Shown piece after piece: positions 1 to 17,778 of a stretch of DNA of 39,639 nucleotides. The DNA is from Acidobacteriota bacterium (GTDB taxonomy: Bacteria > Acidobacteriota > Thermoanaerobaculia > Multivoradales > SZUA-115), in contig QIHU01000303.1 in NCBI GenBank assembly GCA_003231035.1, positions 1 through 39,639 of the forward strand, given 5' to 3'. The number at the start of each line of letters is the position of its first letter. The stretch's first letter is position 1. Both the position numbers and the translations under genes were made by a program. The notes beneath the pieces were generated by a model. That model saw only the letters and a list, made by a program, of their open reading frames with translations, ran no database searches and was not told the origin of the DNA.

Positions 1-91
1 TCCGATCGCGATGGAAAAGGGCGTTCGCTTCGCGATTCGCGAAGGCGGCCGTACGGTTGGTGCCGGCACCGTTGCCGAGATTGTGGAGTAG
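1..91 (+). CDS. tuf: Elongation factor Tu, 3' end (gene runs off the left edge)
   Basis: Frame 2 reads PIAMEKGVRFAIREGGRTVGAGTVAEIVE then TAG at 89-91, a canonical EF-Tu C-terminus. Its position upstream of tRNA-Trp/secE/nusG is the conserved synteny. Confidence 0.9.
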   Translation, partial: PIAMEKGVRFAIREGGRTVGAGTVAEIVE

Positions 92-138
92 TGAGGCGCC
101 CGGCGCCGAAGCGATTGAAATCAGCTGAAGAGGAATCC

Positions 139-215
139 AGGCCAGTAGCTCGAACTGGTAGAGCATCGGTCTCCAAAACCGAGGGTTGGGGGTTCGAATC
201 CCTCCTGGCCTGCCA
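139..215 (+). tRNA. tRNA-Trp (anticodon CCA), 3' CCA encoded
   Basis: Hand-folded cloverleaf. Acceptor AGGCCAG/CTGGCCT, D stem GCTC/GAGC, anticodon stem TCGGT/ACCGA with loop CTCCAAA (anticodon CCA). T stem GGGGG/CCCTC with loop TTCGAAT, discriminator G, then CCA. Confidence 0.9.
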
Positions 216-237
216 ACACTTTTAGGGATAATTCATC

Positions 238-441
238 ATGTCGTGGTGGAATCAAATCAAGACCTTCCTTGCGGAGGTTCGCTCGGAAATTCGCAAGGTC
301 ACTTTTCCCGGCCGAGACGAAGTGGTCTCCACGACCATCGTGGTCCTGGTCACCAGTGTGATTTTCGCGGCCTTTCTCTGGCTCGCGGACACCGTGGTTG
401 TGTTTTGCTACCAAGGCGTTCTGCAGGTGTTCAAGTCATGA
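238..441 (+). CDS. secE: Preprotein translocase subunit SecE
   Basis: 67-aa ORF with one C-terminal TM helix (VVSTTIVVLVTSVIFAAFLWL) preceded by an EVRSEIRKVTFP motif. ATGA overlap with nusG. Conserved position between tRNA-Trp and nusG. Confidence 0.85.
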   Translation: MSWWNQIKTFLAEVRSEIRKVTFPGRDEVVSTTIVVLVTSVIFAAFLWLADTVVVFCYQGVLQVFKS

Positions 442-986
442 GCCCAGCCGAGGCCGGCGAGCTTCGCTGGTTTATCGTTCACACCTACTCGGGCTTTGAA
501 GAGCGGGTCAAGGAGACGCTGCTACAGCGCGCGGAAGCGCTGAATATGGCGGACGATTTCGGCGAGGTGCGAATCCCAACCGAGACGGTGGTCGAGTTCA
601 AGGGCGGCAAGAAGCGCGAGATTGAACGCAAGTTCTTTCCGGGTTACATCTTGGTTCAGATGGCGATGTCCGATGCGGCTTGGCACGTGGTCAAGAATAC
701 GCCGAAGGTCACCGGTTTCGTGGGCACGGGTAAGAAGCCGACTCCCCTTACCAAGGCCGAGGTCAGTCAGATTCTCGAGCAGGTTTCCACCGCGAAAGAG
801 AAGCCTAAGCCGAAATACGTCTTCGACAAGAATGAGCCGGTCAAGATTATCGACGGACCGTTCAGCAATTTCACCGGCAAGGTCGAAGAGGTCAACCTGG
901 ATCGCGAGACACTCAAGGTCATGGTGACCATTTTCGGTCGAGCGACGCCGGTGGAGCTGAGTTTCTTGCAGGTGGAGAAGCTCTAG
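438..986 (+). CDS. nusG: Transcription termination/antitermination factor NusG
   Basis: [28 protein letters not shown]... carries the NGN domain (WFIVHTYSG) and a C-terminal KOW motif ([18 protein letters not shown]). Start is taken at ATG 438 rather than ORF-track position 186, which would overlap the tRNA and secE. Confidence 0.95.
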   Translation: MSPAEAGELRWFIVHTYSGFEERVKETLLQRAEALNMADDFGEVRIPTETVVEFKGGKKREIERKFFPGYILVQMAMSDAAWHVVKNTPKVTGFVGTGKKPTPLTKAEVSQILEQVSTAKEKPKPKYVFDKNEPVKIIDGPFSNFTGKVEEVNLDRETLKVMVTIFGRATPVELSFLQVEKL

Positions 987-1033
987 CTCTTTCCGTTCGC
1001 ACGGGTTCGTTTTAGCATCGATACGAGGAAAAG

Positions 1034-1459
1034 ATGGCAAAGAAAGTCACCGGTCTAGTCAAACTACAGATCCCCGCCGGGGGAGCGACTCCGGCACCTC
1101 CCGTGGGCCCAGCCCTCGGTCAGGCGGGGTTGAATATCATGGACTTCTGCAAGGCGTTCAACGCGCGAACGCAAAATGAGCAGGGCCTGATTATTCCTGT
1201 CGTGATCACGGTTTACGCTGACCGCACCTATAGTTTTATTACCAAGACGCCGCCCGCGGCGGTGCTTCTGAAGAAGGCCGCCGGTTTGGCCAAGGGCTCT
1301 GGTGAACCCAATCGAGACAAGGTCGGCACGGTGACCCGGGCGCAACTTGAAGAGATTGCCACTACCAAGATGCCCGATTTGAACGCAGCGGATCTAGACG
1401 CGGCCTGCAAGATTATTGCGGGTACCGCCCGATCCATGGGAATTGAGATTCAAGGCTGA
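1034..1459 (+). CDS. rplK: 50S ribosomal protein L11
   Basis: [43 protein letters not shown] is the canonical L11 N-terminus. A GAGGAAAAG RBS lies upstream. Confidence 0.97.
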   Translation: MAKKVTGLVKLQIPAGGATPAPPVGPALGQAGLNIMDFCKAFNARTQNEQGLIIPVVITVYADRTYSFITKTPPAAVLLKKAAGLAKGSGEPNRDKVGTVTRAQLEEIATTKMPDLNAADLDAACKIIAGTARSMGIEIQG

Positions 1460-1502
1460 GCGCCGATGGGCTCAGTGAGAGCGATAGCGCAAGGAGACGA
1501 TC

Positions 1503-2207
1503 GTGTCTAAGCACGGAAAGAGATACCGCAACCTAGCGGCTGAGTTGGACGAGAGCCGGCATACGCTGGATCGCGCCATTGAACTCGCCAAAGGGACGGC
1601 ATCCACCAAGTTCGATGAAACGCTCGAGGTCGCGTTGCGACTAGGGGTGGATCCGCGTCACGCTGACCAGATGGTGCGCGGCACGGTTGTGTTGCCGCAC
1701 GGTACCGGTCGCACGGTGCGGGTGTTGGTATTTGCCGATGGCGAAAAGATCAAAGAGGCCGAGGAGGCTGGAGCCGATCACGTGGGTGGAGCCGAGTTGG
1801 CCAAGAAGATTCAAGAGGGGTGGCTCGACTTCGATGCCGTCGTTTCAACTCCCGACATGATGAAGGTCGCGGGTCGGTTGGGTCGGGTGCTAGGGCCTCG
1901 TGGTCTGATGCCCAACCCGAAGACCGGAACGGTGACGATGGATGTCACCAAGGCGATCACCGATATCAAGGCGGGTAAGGTGGAATTCCGAGTCGAGAAG
2001 GCCGGCATCGTGCAGGCGCCTCTTGGCAAGCTGTCCTTCTCCCAAGAACAGCTGCAGGAAAACGCTCGGGCGCTGATCGGAGCGGTGCTCAAGGCCAAGC
2101 CACCGGCGTCCAAGGGCAAGTACATCAAGAGTGCCTCGCTGTCGGCGACGATGGGGCCCGCTATCAAACTCGATGACGCCGCGCTCAGTGCCGCGGCTGA
2201 GGCCTAG
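1503..2207 (+). CDS. rplA: 50S ribosomal protein L1
   Basis: GTG start with an [25 protein letters not shown]...[16 protein letters not shown] is typical L1. Confidence 0.97.
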   Translation: MSKHGKRYRNLAAELDESRHTLDRAIELAKGTASTKFDETLEVALRLGVDPRHADQMVRGTVVLPHGTGRTVRVLVFADGEKIKEAEEAGADHVGGAELAKKIQEGWLDFDAVVSTPDMMKVAGRLGRVLGPRGLMPNPKTGTVTMDVTKAITDIKAGKVEFRVEKAGIVQAPLGKLSFSQEQLQENARALIGAVLKAKPPASKGKYIKSASLSATMGPAIKLDDAALSAAAEA

Positions 2208-2218
2208 GAGGGCGTACG

Positions 2219-2743
2219 ATGGCCTTAACTCGTAAAAAGAAAGACTCGCTTCTCGCCGAGTACGAGAGCGGTTTCTCCCAGGTGTCCAATGCCTTCTTGC
2301 TGGGCTTCAAGGGTATCTCCGTCCCTGACGTGACGGAACTGCGCTCGAAGGTCCGCGAGAACGGTGCTGGGTATCTCGTGGTCAAGAATACCATCGCCCT
2401 GCGCGCCACCAACGGTACCGCGCTGGCCGAGTTGCAGGAACATTTCCAAGGTCCGACGGCCGTCGCCTATACCGATGGCGATGTGGTTGCGTTGGCCAAG
2501 GTCTTGACCGATTTTGCCAAGGATGTACCGGCGATCGAATTTAAGGCGGGAATCGTGGATTCCAGTCCGGTCGGCGCGGAAGATATCAAGGAGCTCGCAG
2601 GACTCCCGAGTCGCGAGGCGTTGATCGCCAAGTTGCTCTTCCTGATGCAGTCGCCGGTGACGCGACTGACCCGCGGCCTCAACGCCATCACGCGGGACTT
2701 TGTGGTCGTCGTCGACCAAATCCGGCAACAGAAAGAAGAGTGA
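2219..2743 (+). CDS. rplJ: 50S ribosomal protein L10
   Basis: AGGAGG RBS. A 174-aa L10-like sequence sits between rplA and rplL. Only 11 nt separate it from rplA, so there is no L10 leader here. Confidence 0.93.
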   Translation: MALTRKKKDSLLAEYESGFSQVSNAFLLGFKGISVPDVTELRSKVRENGAGYLVVKNTIALRATNGTALAELQEHFQGPTAVAYTDGDVVALAKVLTDFAKDVPAIEFKAGIVDSSPVGAEDIKELAGLPSREALIAKLLFLMQSPVTRLTRGLNAITRDFVVVVDQIRQQKEE

Positions 2744-2801
2744 GAGAGGTCTCTCGCAGGACTCTGGAAATCCAGTTTCGAAGAACATAAGGAGAGTTTA
2801 G

Positions 2802-3179
2802 ATGGCCATTGCCACAGAAGATTTCATTCAGCAGATTGACGAGATGAGCGTCTTGGACTTGAACAACATCGTCAAGGCGCTCGAGGAGCACTACGGCGTT
2901 TCGGCTGCCGCGGCTGGTGTTCCGATGATGGCCGCCGGTCCTGGCGGCGGCGAGGCGGAGGAGGAGCAGACCGAGTTTGACGTCGTCCTGACCTCCATCG
3001 GTGACAAGAAGATCAACGTCATTAAGACGGTTCGCGAGGTCACCAGCCTGGGACTCAAAGAGGCCAAGGAGTTGGTCGAGTCGGCGCCGGTCAACGTCAA
3101 GGAAGGCTTGTCCAAGGACGAGGCCGAAGAAGTCAAGAAGAAGTTCGAGGACGCTGGCGCTCAGGTCGACCTGAAATAG
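2802..3179 (+). CDS. rplL: 50S ribosomal protein L7/L12
   Basis: N-terminal dimerisation helix, Ala/Gly/Glu hinge ([21 protein letters not shown]), and C-terminal domain [24 protein letters not shown]...[14 protein letters not shown]. Confidence 0.97.
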   Translation: MAIATEDFIQQIDEMSVLDLNNIVKALEEHYGVSAAAAGVPMMAAGPGGGEAEEEQTEFDVVLTSIGDKKINVIKTVREVTSLGLKEAKELVESAPVNVKEGLSKDEAEEVKKKFEDAGAQVDLK

Positions 3180-3202
3180 ACCACGTTCCCGCTGTATTTG
3201 CT

Positions 3203-3232
3203 GCTCGCCGCGCATTACGATGCGCGGCGAGC
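3203..3232 (+). terminator. rplL-rpoB intergenic hairpin (attenuator-like, no U tract)
   Basis: Perfect 13-bp stem GCTCGCCGCGCAT / ATGCGCGGCGAGC with loop TACG, 24 nt after the rplL stop. A partial terminator at this position is known in other bacteria. No T-run follows. Confidence 0.5.
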
Positions 3233-3491
3233 ATTGCCGCCCCCGTATCCAATGACCCGCAAGTGCTCTCTTGAGAGTGCGTATTCTTAGCTTGGCGCGA
3301 CACCGCGCAAACATGTGATTCGGCGCTCTTGCTGACCTGCCAAAACCTCACAACCACGCTCCAGCGCCGCCTCGACGCGGTGCCAGGGAAAGACGTGGTC
3401 TACCCCCGTCCGAGTGGCGCCTCACTATCACTCGAGACTACCGCTCAGCGGTGTACTGCAAGCCCTCTTCAGCTACTGCAGGGAGGATTCC

Positions 3492-7745
<4,254 letters not shown>

Positions 7746-7757
7746 GGAGGAAGCCAG

Positions 7758-11939
<4,182 letters not shown>

Positions 11940-11967
11940 GATTTCTTCCATCGTTGCGGACTGCTTG

Positions 11968-11997
11968 GGGGCAGGTCTTTTGGGCCTGTCCCTTTTT
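11968..11997 (+). terminator. Rho-independent terminator after rpoC
   Basis: Stem GGGGCAGG (11968-11975) pairs with CCTGTCCC (11985-11992): 8 bp including one G:U, 9-nt loop. TTTTT follows at 11993-11997. It starts 29 nt after the rpoC stop. Confidence 0.55.
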
Positions 11998-12200
11998 CCA
12001 TGGTGGCGGCAAACTTGCCCCCAAAAGGATCGGCGGCTTCGGGTGTTCCACGGCGACCGTAACGCGACCTACAGGGTTTTCCTGCCGGACCTCTAGGGTT
12101 GGTCGACACACTTTGAGCTGAGTGCGCCCTACCCAGGCGCTTACAGATATGATGACGCCACCGGCGGATCCTGGCCGGAATTATCCGCGAGAGGAAGCCG

Positions 12201-14030
12201 GTGGCGAGAGGTTTGACGGATCCCGACCTGACATTCCCCGACCTGAGGGTCTTTCTCGATCATCTACGCGGTGAGCGCGACCTGGTCCACATCGAGGTTC
12301 CGGTCGATGCGCGCCTCGAAGTGGCGGAGATTCATCGCCGGGTGATCGCCGCCGGGGGGCCGGCGCTCCTCTTCACTCAGGTCCAAGGGGCAGATTTTCC
12401 GCTGGTGACCAACCTCTTCGGGACCGCCGGGCGCGCCGAGGCGGCTTTCGGGAAGCGGCCGCTGCGCCTGATCCGGCGCTTGGTCGAGCTGGCGGAGACT
12501 CTGCTGCCGCCCACTCCCGCCAAGCTCTGGGCGGCACGCGATGTGGCCCGGGAGGCCTTGCGGATCGGAATGCGCAAGCGCCGCGGCGGACCGGTCACCG
12601 AAGTGGTGACCCAGGATGTCCGGCTCGACCGGCTACCGGTATTGACCACCTGGCCCGAGGACGGCGGCCCCTTTGTCACTCTGCCTTTGGTCTATACCGA
12701 ACACCCGGATGGAAAAGGGCCGAACCTCGGAATGTATCGGTTGCAGGTGCACGACGAGCGCACCACCGGAATGCACTGGCAGATCGGCAAGGGCGGCGGC
12801 TTTCACTACGAGGTGGCCCAGGAGCGCAACGAGCCGCTGCCGGCCACCGTCTTTCTCGGCGGGCCACCGGCTTTGATTCTGGCGGCGATCGCTCCGTTGC
12901 CGGAAAACGTTCCCGAAACCCTGCTCGCCTCCCTGCTCGCCGGCCAACGTTTGCCGACCTGTGGCGGTCCCGGAGCGCACCGGTTGATCGCTTCGGCGGA
13001 GTTCGCCCTCGTCGGTTCGGTGGCCCCGAGGGTGCGCCGCGCCGAAGGTCCGTTCGGCGATCACTACGGCTATTACTCGCTGCGTCATGACTACCCGGTT
13101 TTCGAGGTCAGCCACCTGGCTCACCGTCGCGATGCAATCTTTCCCGCCACGGTGGTGGGCAAGCCTCGGCAAGAAGACTTCTTCATCGGTGACCTGCTCC
13201 AGGAGCTGCTTTCGCCCCTCTTTCCGCTGGTCATGCCGGCGGTCCGAGATCTGTGGTCGTACGGTGAAACGGGCTACCATTCCCTGGCCGCGGCGGTGGT
13301 GCGGGATCGCTACCCGCGCGAGGCGATGGTGAGTGCCTTTCGAATCTTGGGCGAAGGGCAGCTGGCGCTGACCAAGTTCCTGTTGGTGATCGATCAGCCG
13401 ATCGATCTGACCGATTTCTCAGCCACCCTGGAACATCTCCTGGCGCGAACCCGACCGGAGACCGACCTCTACGTTCTGGGCAACCTCTCGATGGACACCC
13501 TCGACTACACCGGTCCTGAGGTTAACCGGGGCTCCAAGGGGGTCTGGCTTGGCCTGGGCGAGCCGGTGCGCGATCTTCCGGGGGAGTTTCGACCGTCGGC
13601 TTCGCCTCCTCCCGAGGTCACGGATGTTCGAGTCTATTGTCGCGGTTGCTTGGTGATCGGCGGCCCGTCGTACGACGAGGACCCAGAGGCGGCGCGGCGC
13701 CTGGCGGAGCATCCAGCCTTCGCCGATTGGCCGCTCGTAGTGCTCAGCGACGAGCCGGCGCGGGCCGTCGCCAGCTCGATGAACTTCCTATGGACCACCT
13801 TCACCCGTTTCGAGCCGGCGGCCGATATCCACGCGGCGGCGCAGCGGATCGTCCGCAATCAGATATCCTACAGCCCACCGATCTTGATCGATGCGCGGAT
13901 GAAACCGGGCTATCCGGACGAGCTGTCTTGCGATGAAGGGACGGCGGCTCTGGTGACAAAGCGATGGAAGGAGTATTTCCCTGACGGAGGGGTGGAGATG
14001 GGAGACTCCGAGAGCGGCCACCTGGATTGA
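12201..14030 (+). CDS. UbiD-family (prenylated-FMN dependent) decarboxylase, long form
   Basis: GTG start with a GAGAGGAAG RBS. LRVFLDHLRGERDLVHIEVPVDARLEVAEIHRRV...PALLF...FPLVTNLFGT and later GMYRLQV...MHWQIGKGGGFHY are typical UbiD blocks. At 609 aa it resembles the menaquinone-associated long forms. Confidence 0.85.
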   Translation: MARGLTDPDLTFPDLRVFLDHLRGERDLVHIEVPVDARLEVAEIHRRVIAAGGPALLFTQVQGADFPLVTNLFGTAGRAEAAFGKRPLRLIRRLVELAETLLPPTPAKLWAARDVAREALRIGMRKRRGGPVTEVVTQDVRLDRLPVLTTWPEDGGPFVTLPLVYTEHPDGKGPNLGMYRLQVHDERTTGMHWQIGKGGGFHYEVAQERNEPLPATVFLGGPPALILAAIAPLPENVPETLLASLLAGQRLPTCGGPGAHRLIASAEFALVGSVAPRVRRAEGPFGDHYGYYSLRHDYPVFEVSHLAHRRDAIFPATVVGKPRQEDFFIGDLLQELLSPLFPLVMPAVRDLWSYGETGYHSLAAAVVRDRYPREAMVSAFRILGEGQLALTKFLLVIDQPIDLTDFSATLEHLLARTRPETDLYVLGNLSMDTLDYTGPEVNRGSKGVWLGLGEPVRDLPGEFRPSASPPPEVTDVRVYCRGCLVIGGPSYDEDPEAARRLAEHPAFADWPLVVLSDEPARAVASSMNFLWTTFTRFEPAADIHAAAQRIVRNQISYSPPILIDARMKPGYPDELSCDEGTAALVTKRWKEYFPDGGVEMGDSESGHLD

Positions 14031-14164
14031 ACTCGCCTGGATCGAAGCCGGTCGAATCGGCCGCCGCCGTTACTCACTGCCGCCAAGCTCAGAATACTCG
14101 TTTCGCGATGAACCACTAGAACCGTTTCGGGTACTCACCGCAAAATGATCAAGGAGAGCTTCCC

Positions 14165-15247
14165 ATGCATCGATTCTCGTTCAATCTACTGAATCTTGCG
14201 TTCCTCTGTGGTCTTCTCGCCCTAGCTGGGCCGGCGCGGGCCGCTAACTTCAATGTTGTTCTGAGTTCCAATGTCTTCGTGCCCTCGGTACTCAATATCA
14301 ATGTCGGCGACAGCGTCACTTGGACTAACCAAGGGGGCTTCCACAATGTGGAGGCGGTGAGTGGTCTCTTCAACAGTGGGCCGCCGGCCAATCCTCCCTG
14401 GACTTTCACCTTCACCTTCACCACGCCTGGGACGGTGCCGTACATCTGCATCGTCCACTCCGCCATCGGGATGACAGGGGTGATCAATGTCGCTGGCGCG
14501 CCGCCGGTTCCGGGCTCGATTCGCTTCGCGGAAGGCGCCTCGACGGTCAATGAGGCGGCGGGGATCAAGGCGCTTGAGTTGCAACGCATCGGCGGTAGCG
14601 ACGGTGCGGTGAGCGCGACCTTCTCAACCGCCAACGGCTCCGCCACCGCTGGCCAGGACTATACGGCGACCACTACGGTGGTGAATTGGGGGGACGGTGA
14701 CAGCAGCTCGAAGAACGTCACGGTGATGATCCTCGAAGATACTCTCGACGAGGCCAACGAGACGGTGGCGCTCTCCCTTTCCAACCCGACGGGCGGAGCT
14801 AGCCTGGGCAACCCGGCGAACGCGACGCTGACCATCATCGACAATGACGATGCCACCCCGCCGCCGCCACCGCCACCGCCGCCGCCAGTGGAGCCATGTG
14901 TGGAAGATGCGGAAACCCTCTGCCTGCTCGATGACCGTTTTGAGGTCACGGCCCTCTTTGAAACCAACCAGGGTCAGACCGGGGTGGCTCAGGCGATCGA
15001 GCTGACGCCGGACACCGGCTACTTCTGGTTCTTCACCGAGGAGAACGTCGAGCTGGTGGTCAAAGTCCGCAACGCCTGTGTCAATCCTTTCAACCGCTTC
15101 TGGTTCTTCGCTGGCGGTCTGACCAATGTGCAGGTCGACATCATGGTGACAGACACCGAAACCGGTGCGACAAAGAGCTACAGCAACCCACTGAACACCC
15201 CTTTCCTACCGATCACCGACACCGACGCCTTCAATACCTGTCCCTAG
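14165..15247 (+). CDS. Secreted multidomain protein: signal peptide, type-1 copper (cupredoxin) domain, Calx-beta domain, poly-Pro linker, unassigned Cys-containing C-terminal domain
   Basis: AAGGAGAG RBS and signal peptide ending ARA|A. Copper ligand pattern H60...C95-x2-H98-x4-M103 (GGFHNV, YICIVHSAIGM). The Calx-beta signature is SIRFAEGASTVNEAAG...GSATAGQDY...DDTLDEANETVALSLSNPTGGASLG. PPPPPPPPPP lies at nt 14858-14887, followed by a 118-aa domain. Confidence 0.8.
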   Translation: MHRFSFNLLNLAFLCGLLALAGPARAANFNVVLSSNVFVPSVLNINVGDSVTWTNQGGFHNVEAVSGLFNSGPPANPPWTFTFTFTTPGTVPYICIVHSAIGMTGVINVAGAPPVPGSIRFAEGASTVNEAAGIKALELQRIGGSDGAVSATFSTANGSATAGQDYTATTTVVNWGDGDSSSKNVTVMILEDTLDEANETVALSLSNPTGGASLGNPANATLTIIDNDDATPPPPPPPPPPVEPCVEDAETLCLLDDRFEVTALFETNQGQTGVAQAIELTPDTGYFWFFTEENVELVVKVRNACVNPFNRFWFFAGGLTNVQVDIMVTDTETGATKSYSNPLNTPFLPITDTDAFNTCP

Positions 15248-16276
15248 GCAAATTGGTGGAGTCGTGTAACCAGGGAGCCCGGCCACGGGCTCCCTGGATG
15301 CCGTCTGTATGGGGTCGTCCAGGCCGGTTTCTAGCTTCGGGCTAGAGTTGCTTCCGGGATCCGCGTTGGCCTTGGCGATGAATCTCGCGGCCTGCTCGGC
15401 GACCTTTCGGTTCCTGAGAATCCTGCGGTGGCCCAAACCGTCGGTGGTGAGCAGCCGCGAGTTCGGCCAGGCTCGGTGGACCTGCAAGCCGCCTTCATAG
15501 CTGGTCTCTGGGTCCCCTCGGTCGTGGGCCACCAGTAGGGGGATCTCGGTGGCCGCATCCATGGTGACGCGGCGCACCGCTTCCCAGGAGATGTGGAATC
15601 GTCGTTCGATCGCTTGGGTCAGGGTGTCGTAGACCCGGTCGGGAAGGCCGAAGGAATGGACGGTGCGCAAGAGGAAACCACCGAAGTCGGCGGGCGGCGC
15701 GACAAAAACGAGCCGTTCCATGTGCAGCCCTTGGCGCACCGCGAGGGCAGCGATGGCGCAGCCGAAGGAGTGGGCGATCAGGCCATGCAGCGGGCCGGCT
15801 GCTTGCGCGGCGGCTTGCAGAGCATTGGTCATCTCCGGTAGCGAAGAGAGCTTGCCGCCGCTCTCGCCGTGAGCGGGGGAGTCGAAAGTGACCACCCGGT
15901 AGCCCGCCGCGGTCAAGGGCGTCACGAAGGCTCCCATCTGACTACCCCTTCCTTCCCAGCCATGAACCAGGAGGACGGTTGGGCCAGAACCCCAAGCCCA
16001 GCCGGCGAGTTCATGGGGTGCATCGGCGTCGGCGCCGACCGAGGGACGAATCGGGATGGCGAACCGTTGTGCCGTCGCCAGCCACTTCTCTTCGCGGTCT
16101 GGACGTCGGTGGGGACGTGGCGTGCGAAACTGCGCCAAGGCCAGTTTCTCGATCTTGCGGGGCACGATTCGATAGGCGATCGGCAGCAGCGTGCGCAAGG
16201 CACGCATTGAAAAGGAAGAAGAGCGAACGTTCGTTCTTTTTTCAAGATCAGACTTCTGCTTCTTGTCCATGGTCAT
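15206..16276 (-). CDS. Alpha/beta-fold hydrolase
   Basis: VLLVHGWEGRGSQ, nucleophile elbow IAHSFG, and a late DRGD...GLGHRRIL are consistent with a Ser-Asp-His triad. It lies 19 nt downstream of the TetR gene (operon). Its 3' end overlaps the convergent cupredoxin gene by 42 nt. The start could also be ATG 16270. Confidence 0.75.
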   Translation of the reverse strand: MTMDKKQKSDLEKRTNVRSSSFSMRALRTLLPIAYRIVPRKIEKLALAQFRTPRPHRRPDREEKWLATAQRFAIPIRPSVGADADAPHELAGWAWGSGPTVLLVHGWEGRGSQMGAFVTPLTAAGYRVVTFDSPAHGESGGKLSSLPEMTNALQAAAQAAGPLHGLIAHSFGCAIAALAVRQGLHMERLVFVAPPADFGGFLLRTVHSFGLPDRVYDTLTQAIERRFHISWEAVRRVTMDAATEIPLLVAHDRGDPETSYEGGLQVHRAWPNSRLLTTDGLGHRRILRNRKVAEQAARFIAKANADPGSNSSPKLETGLDDPIQTASREPVAGLPGYTTPPICLGTGIEGVGVGDR

Positions 16277-16295
16277 CTCCGGGAGTCGGACGGTA

Positions 16296-16898
16296 CTAGC
16301 ACTGGGCGATCGGGGCCGCGGAGCGAATCAATCTCTCGAAAGCACGTCGAGTTCGCGGCTTCGTCTCGGGGTCGCGCAAGAGGCGGTCGAAGTGATGGTG
16401 GGCCAATAGGATCGAATACAGCTCGTAGGCGAACTGGTGAGTATCGAGGTTAGCTCGGAAGTGGCCCTCTTCGACGCCGAGCCGGGTCGCGGTGGTCAAC
16501 GCCTCGATCCAGTCGCGTTGCGCGGCCACCAGGGCTTCGCGCAATGGACCGGGGCGATCGTCGAGCTCGTTGGCGGTGGCCAAAAAAATACAACCACCCG
16601 GAAGATAGGGTGCCTGAGTCCAATCCATCCAACGCTCGACGAAGGCTCGAATGCGCGGCTCCCCGCGGGGAGCCGCCAGCGCGGGGGCGATCACATCGTC
16701 GATGAATCGACGCACCGCCGTTCCCAGGACCTCGATCTGGAGATTCTCCTTCGAGGCGAAATGGGCGAAGAGACCGCTCTTGGACATCCCCACCTCTTTG
16801 GCCAGACTACCGATCGACAACGCCTCCAGTCCGTACGTGCTGGCGGCGGCGAGGGCGGTGGAGAGAATCGTCTCTCGGGTTTCGGCTCCTTTGCTCAC
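16296..16898 (-). CDS. TetR/AcrR-family transcriptional regulator
   Basis: GTG start. The N-terminal HTH RETILSTALAAASTYGLEALSIGSLAKEVGMSKSGLFAHFASKENL is the classic TetR_N signature. Confidence 0.9.
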   Translation of the reverse strand: MSKGAETRETILSTALAAASTYGLEALSIGSLAKEVGMSKSGLFAHFASKENLQIEVLGTAVRRFIDDVIAPALAAPRGEPRIRAFVERWMDWTQAPYLPGGCIFLATANELDDRPGPLREALVAAQRDWIEALTTATRLGVEEGHFRANLDTHQFAYELYSILLAHHHFDRLLRDPETKPRTRRAFERLIRSAAPIAQC

Positions 16899-17051
16899 CG
16901 ATCGATACTAGCACGGTCGTGCGGTTCTGGGTCAAGAGGGGTACGGCGAGAGTTCGCATTGAGCGAAGACAGGCAAATAGATGTATGATGTGAATCACTG
17001 AACTGAGGCTTGAAAATATCTGCTCCGTCTCGCTGAATGGGGAGAGGCCGA

Positions 17052-17197
17052 ATGCGATTGCCGAGGGTGTTGCACCGAGGTTGGCCATGGATGGTCCTGC
17101 AAGTGGTGGTGGTGGTGACGGGCTACCTGTCGCGACCTGGTTTTGAGCTGATCCTGCGCAATGACAGCCATCTCTACGTCAAGTTGGCGCGGCAGGT
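17052..17197 (+). pseudogene. 5' fragment of a membrane GT-C-like (ArnT/PMT_2-like) gene interrupted by the mobile element
   Basis: GGAGAGG RBS and ATG 17052, encoding MRLPRVLHRGWPWMVLQVVVVVTGYLSRPGFELILRNDSHLYVKLARQ. As it stands, the reading frame runs into the left inverted repeat and stops at TAA 17208-17210. It joins in frame to 21596 onward once the element and one TSD copy are removed. The split itself is certain. The GT-C family call is moderate (motif NDS.Y..LA......RT.GYPLFL). Confidence 0.75.
17190..17197. repeat. Target-site duplication, left copy (CGGCAGGT)
   Basis: These 8 nt directly abut the outer end of the left IR and are identical to 21588-21595, which abut the right IR. 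Confidence 0.9.
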
Positions 17198-17223
17198 GGT
17201 GGTGTCCTAAGAGTGTGTGGGCG
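17198..17223 (+). repeat. Left terminal inverted repeat (IRL)
   Basis: GGTGGTGTCCTAAGAGTGTGTGGGCG. The reverse complement of 21562-21587 is GGTGGTGTCCTAACAGTGTGTGGGCG (one mismatch). Confidence 0.92.
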
Positions 17224-17363
17224 CCCGATCTAGCCTGACTCGGCTTGAGCGGGCGGTAGTCTTGCCGGTATCGGGAGGGGCGCGCCTTCCCGGAACCGAT
17301 GAAGCGGCCCGGCGCAGCGGTGAGAACGCGACGCCGAGCCTAGCCACTCAGGAGACAAGCCTC

Positions 17364-17609
17364 ATGAGCGACCGCGATAATTGTACCGCCGACCCGGAGC
17401 GCGAGACCGATTTACAGGAGATACACGCCGGCCTGATGTCGGCGGACGAAGCCGACTGGAACCAAGCATTGCGGGCCGTGCTGCTGCGCCTGCTAGCTCA
17501 CAAGCGGATTTGGTTCGCTACCGCTGCGCAGATCGGAGCTACAGCCGACCGGCAAGGCAAGCGCGCAGCGTTGGTGGAGTTGGTGATGGTTCTAGCTTTC
17601 GAGGGCTAG
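17364..17609 (+). CDS. Hypothetical protein (81 aa), passenger gene
   Basis: AGGAGA RBS lies 8 nt before ATG 17364, encoding MSDRDNCTADPERETDLQEIHAGLMSADEADWNQALRAVLLRLLAHKRIWFATAAQIG... No recognisable motif. A hairpin with a short T-run follows. Confidence 0.45.
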   Translation: MSDRDNCTADPERETDLQEIHAGLMSADEADWNQALRAVLLRLLAHKRIWFATAAQIGATADRQGKRAALVELVMVLAFEG

Positions 17610-17621
17610 GAACTGGAGTTG

Positions 17622-17647
17622 AGGGCGGCGCGGGTCGCCCTTTCCTT
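17622..17647 (+). terminator. Terminator-like hairpin after the 81-aa ORF
   Basis: AGGGCGGC / GTCGCCCT (8 bp, one G:U), GCGG tetraloop, then TTCCTT. Confidence 0.4.
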
Positions 17648-17778
17648 GGCCTAGAGTTGTTACCGATCTACCCGAAGGAGCAGGATTGAAGTAAGATGCT
17701 TGCGTGTGGCGCTTTGATTTAAGCCTCAAGATGGGGCCGGAACGACCACTGGTCGCTCAATGGAAGGAGTCAGAGAGA

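Noticed and set aside
186-986. ORF-track 266-aa ORF starting at 186, which would extend NusG by 84 aa.
   Set aside because: The extension overlaps the tRNA-Trp and secE in another frame and has no NusG similarity. ATG 438 (ATGA overlap with the secE stop) gives a normal 182-aa NusG.
2208-2218. Looked for the L10 (rplJ) leader and other r-protein leader structures.
   Set aside because: The rplA-rplJ spacer is only 11 nt, and the nusG-rplK spacer (47 nt) shows no convincing structure I could fold by eye. Nothing is called.
12000-12200. Possible riboswitch or promoter upstream of the UbiD-family gene (small stems such as GCGGAT...ATCCGC, TATGAT-like hexamer at ~12148).
   Set aside because: The stems are short and unsupported. 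No -35 box lies at the proper distance, and I recognise no known riboswitch consensus.
14858-14887. CCG/CCA repeat tract as a possible slippage-prone contingency locus.
   Set aside because: It is an imperfect mix of CCG and CCA codons encoding an in-frame Pro10 interdomain linker. No homopolymeric or perfect-repeat character suggests phase variation.
15206-15247. 42-nt convergent 3'-3' overlap of the cupredoxin gene and the hydrolase gene.
   Set aside because: The hydrolase C-terminal ~60 aa is low-conservation Gly/Pro-rich sequence. The overlap is probably ORF run-on in high-GC DNA rather than a regulatory arrangement, and nothing supports a functional claim.
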